From contig NC_058373.1 in NCBI RefSeq assembly GCF_018350175.1, positions 118,422,001 to 118,486,000 on the forward strand: 64,000 nt of DNA, given 5' to 3'. The translations under genes and the position numbers were made by a program. The notes beneath the pieces are model-generated. The model had not been told where the DNA came from and made no database searches. It was given only the letters and a program-made list of their open reading frames with translations. Positions 63,967-64,000 of the stretch are shown here, one piece after another (within the stretch, counting starts at the first letter, position 1; each line of letters starts with the position of its first letter). This DNA comes from Felis catus (taxonomy: Eukaryota).

Positions 63967-64000
63967 GGGGCACCTGGGTGGCTCAGTCAGTTAAGTGTCC
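63967..64000 (+). mobile_element. Can-SINE head cut by the window end
   Basis: ggggcacctgggtggctcagtcagttaag. Confidence 0.9.

Noticed and set aside
1..64000. CRISPR array, operon or other prokaryotic system; CpG-island promoter
   Set aside because: Mammalian repeat-rich DNA; no regularly spaced repeats, and CpG-rich patches are confined to young SINEs

Overview
Mammalian, non-coding, repeat-dense DNA from a cat-family (Felidae) genome. It carries about 70 tRNA-derived Can-SINEs (including about 10 near-consensus young SINEC_Fc copies with intact TSDs), carnivore/felid LINE-1 fragments, one decayed near-full-length L1, and ancient MIR, L2, MLT1 and hAT (MER3/MER5A/MER63) relics. No protein-coding exon is supportable; the ORF track is explained by SINE, L1 and microsatellite sequence. 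The window looks like the inside of long 5' introns of a minus-strand gene: a 132-nt exon with strong splice sites and stops in all three frames lies at 41963-42094, and L1 fragments are mostly on the plus strand (antisense to that gene). I tentatively recall the exon as a STRBP 5'UTR exon, but this is unverified. The most interesting structure is retrotransposition and repair history: repeated reuse of the same target site (three TSD copies), a five-layer nest containing an orphan polyadenylated fragment and a probable 3' transduction, a retroposed polyadenylated LTR end, L1 fragments sharing a 5' breakpoint, and several templated-insertion scars. I found no evidence for a new multi-gene system. 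Repeat family names come from my recall of consensus sequences, and boundaries of old repeats are approximate.
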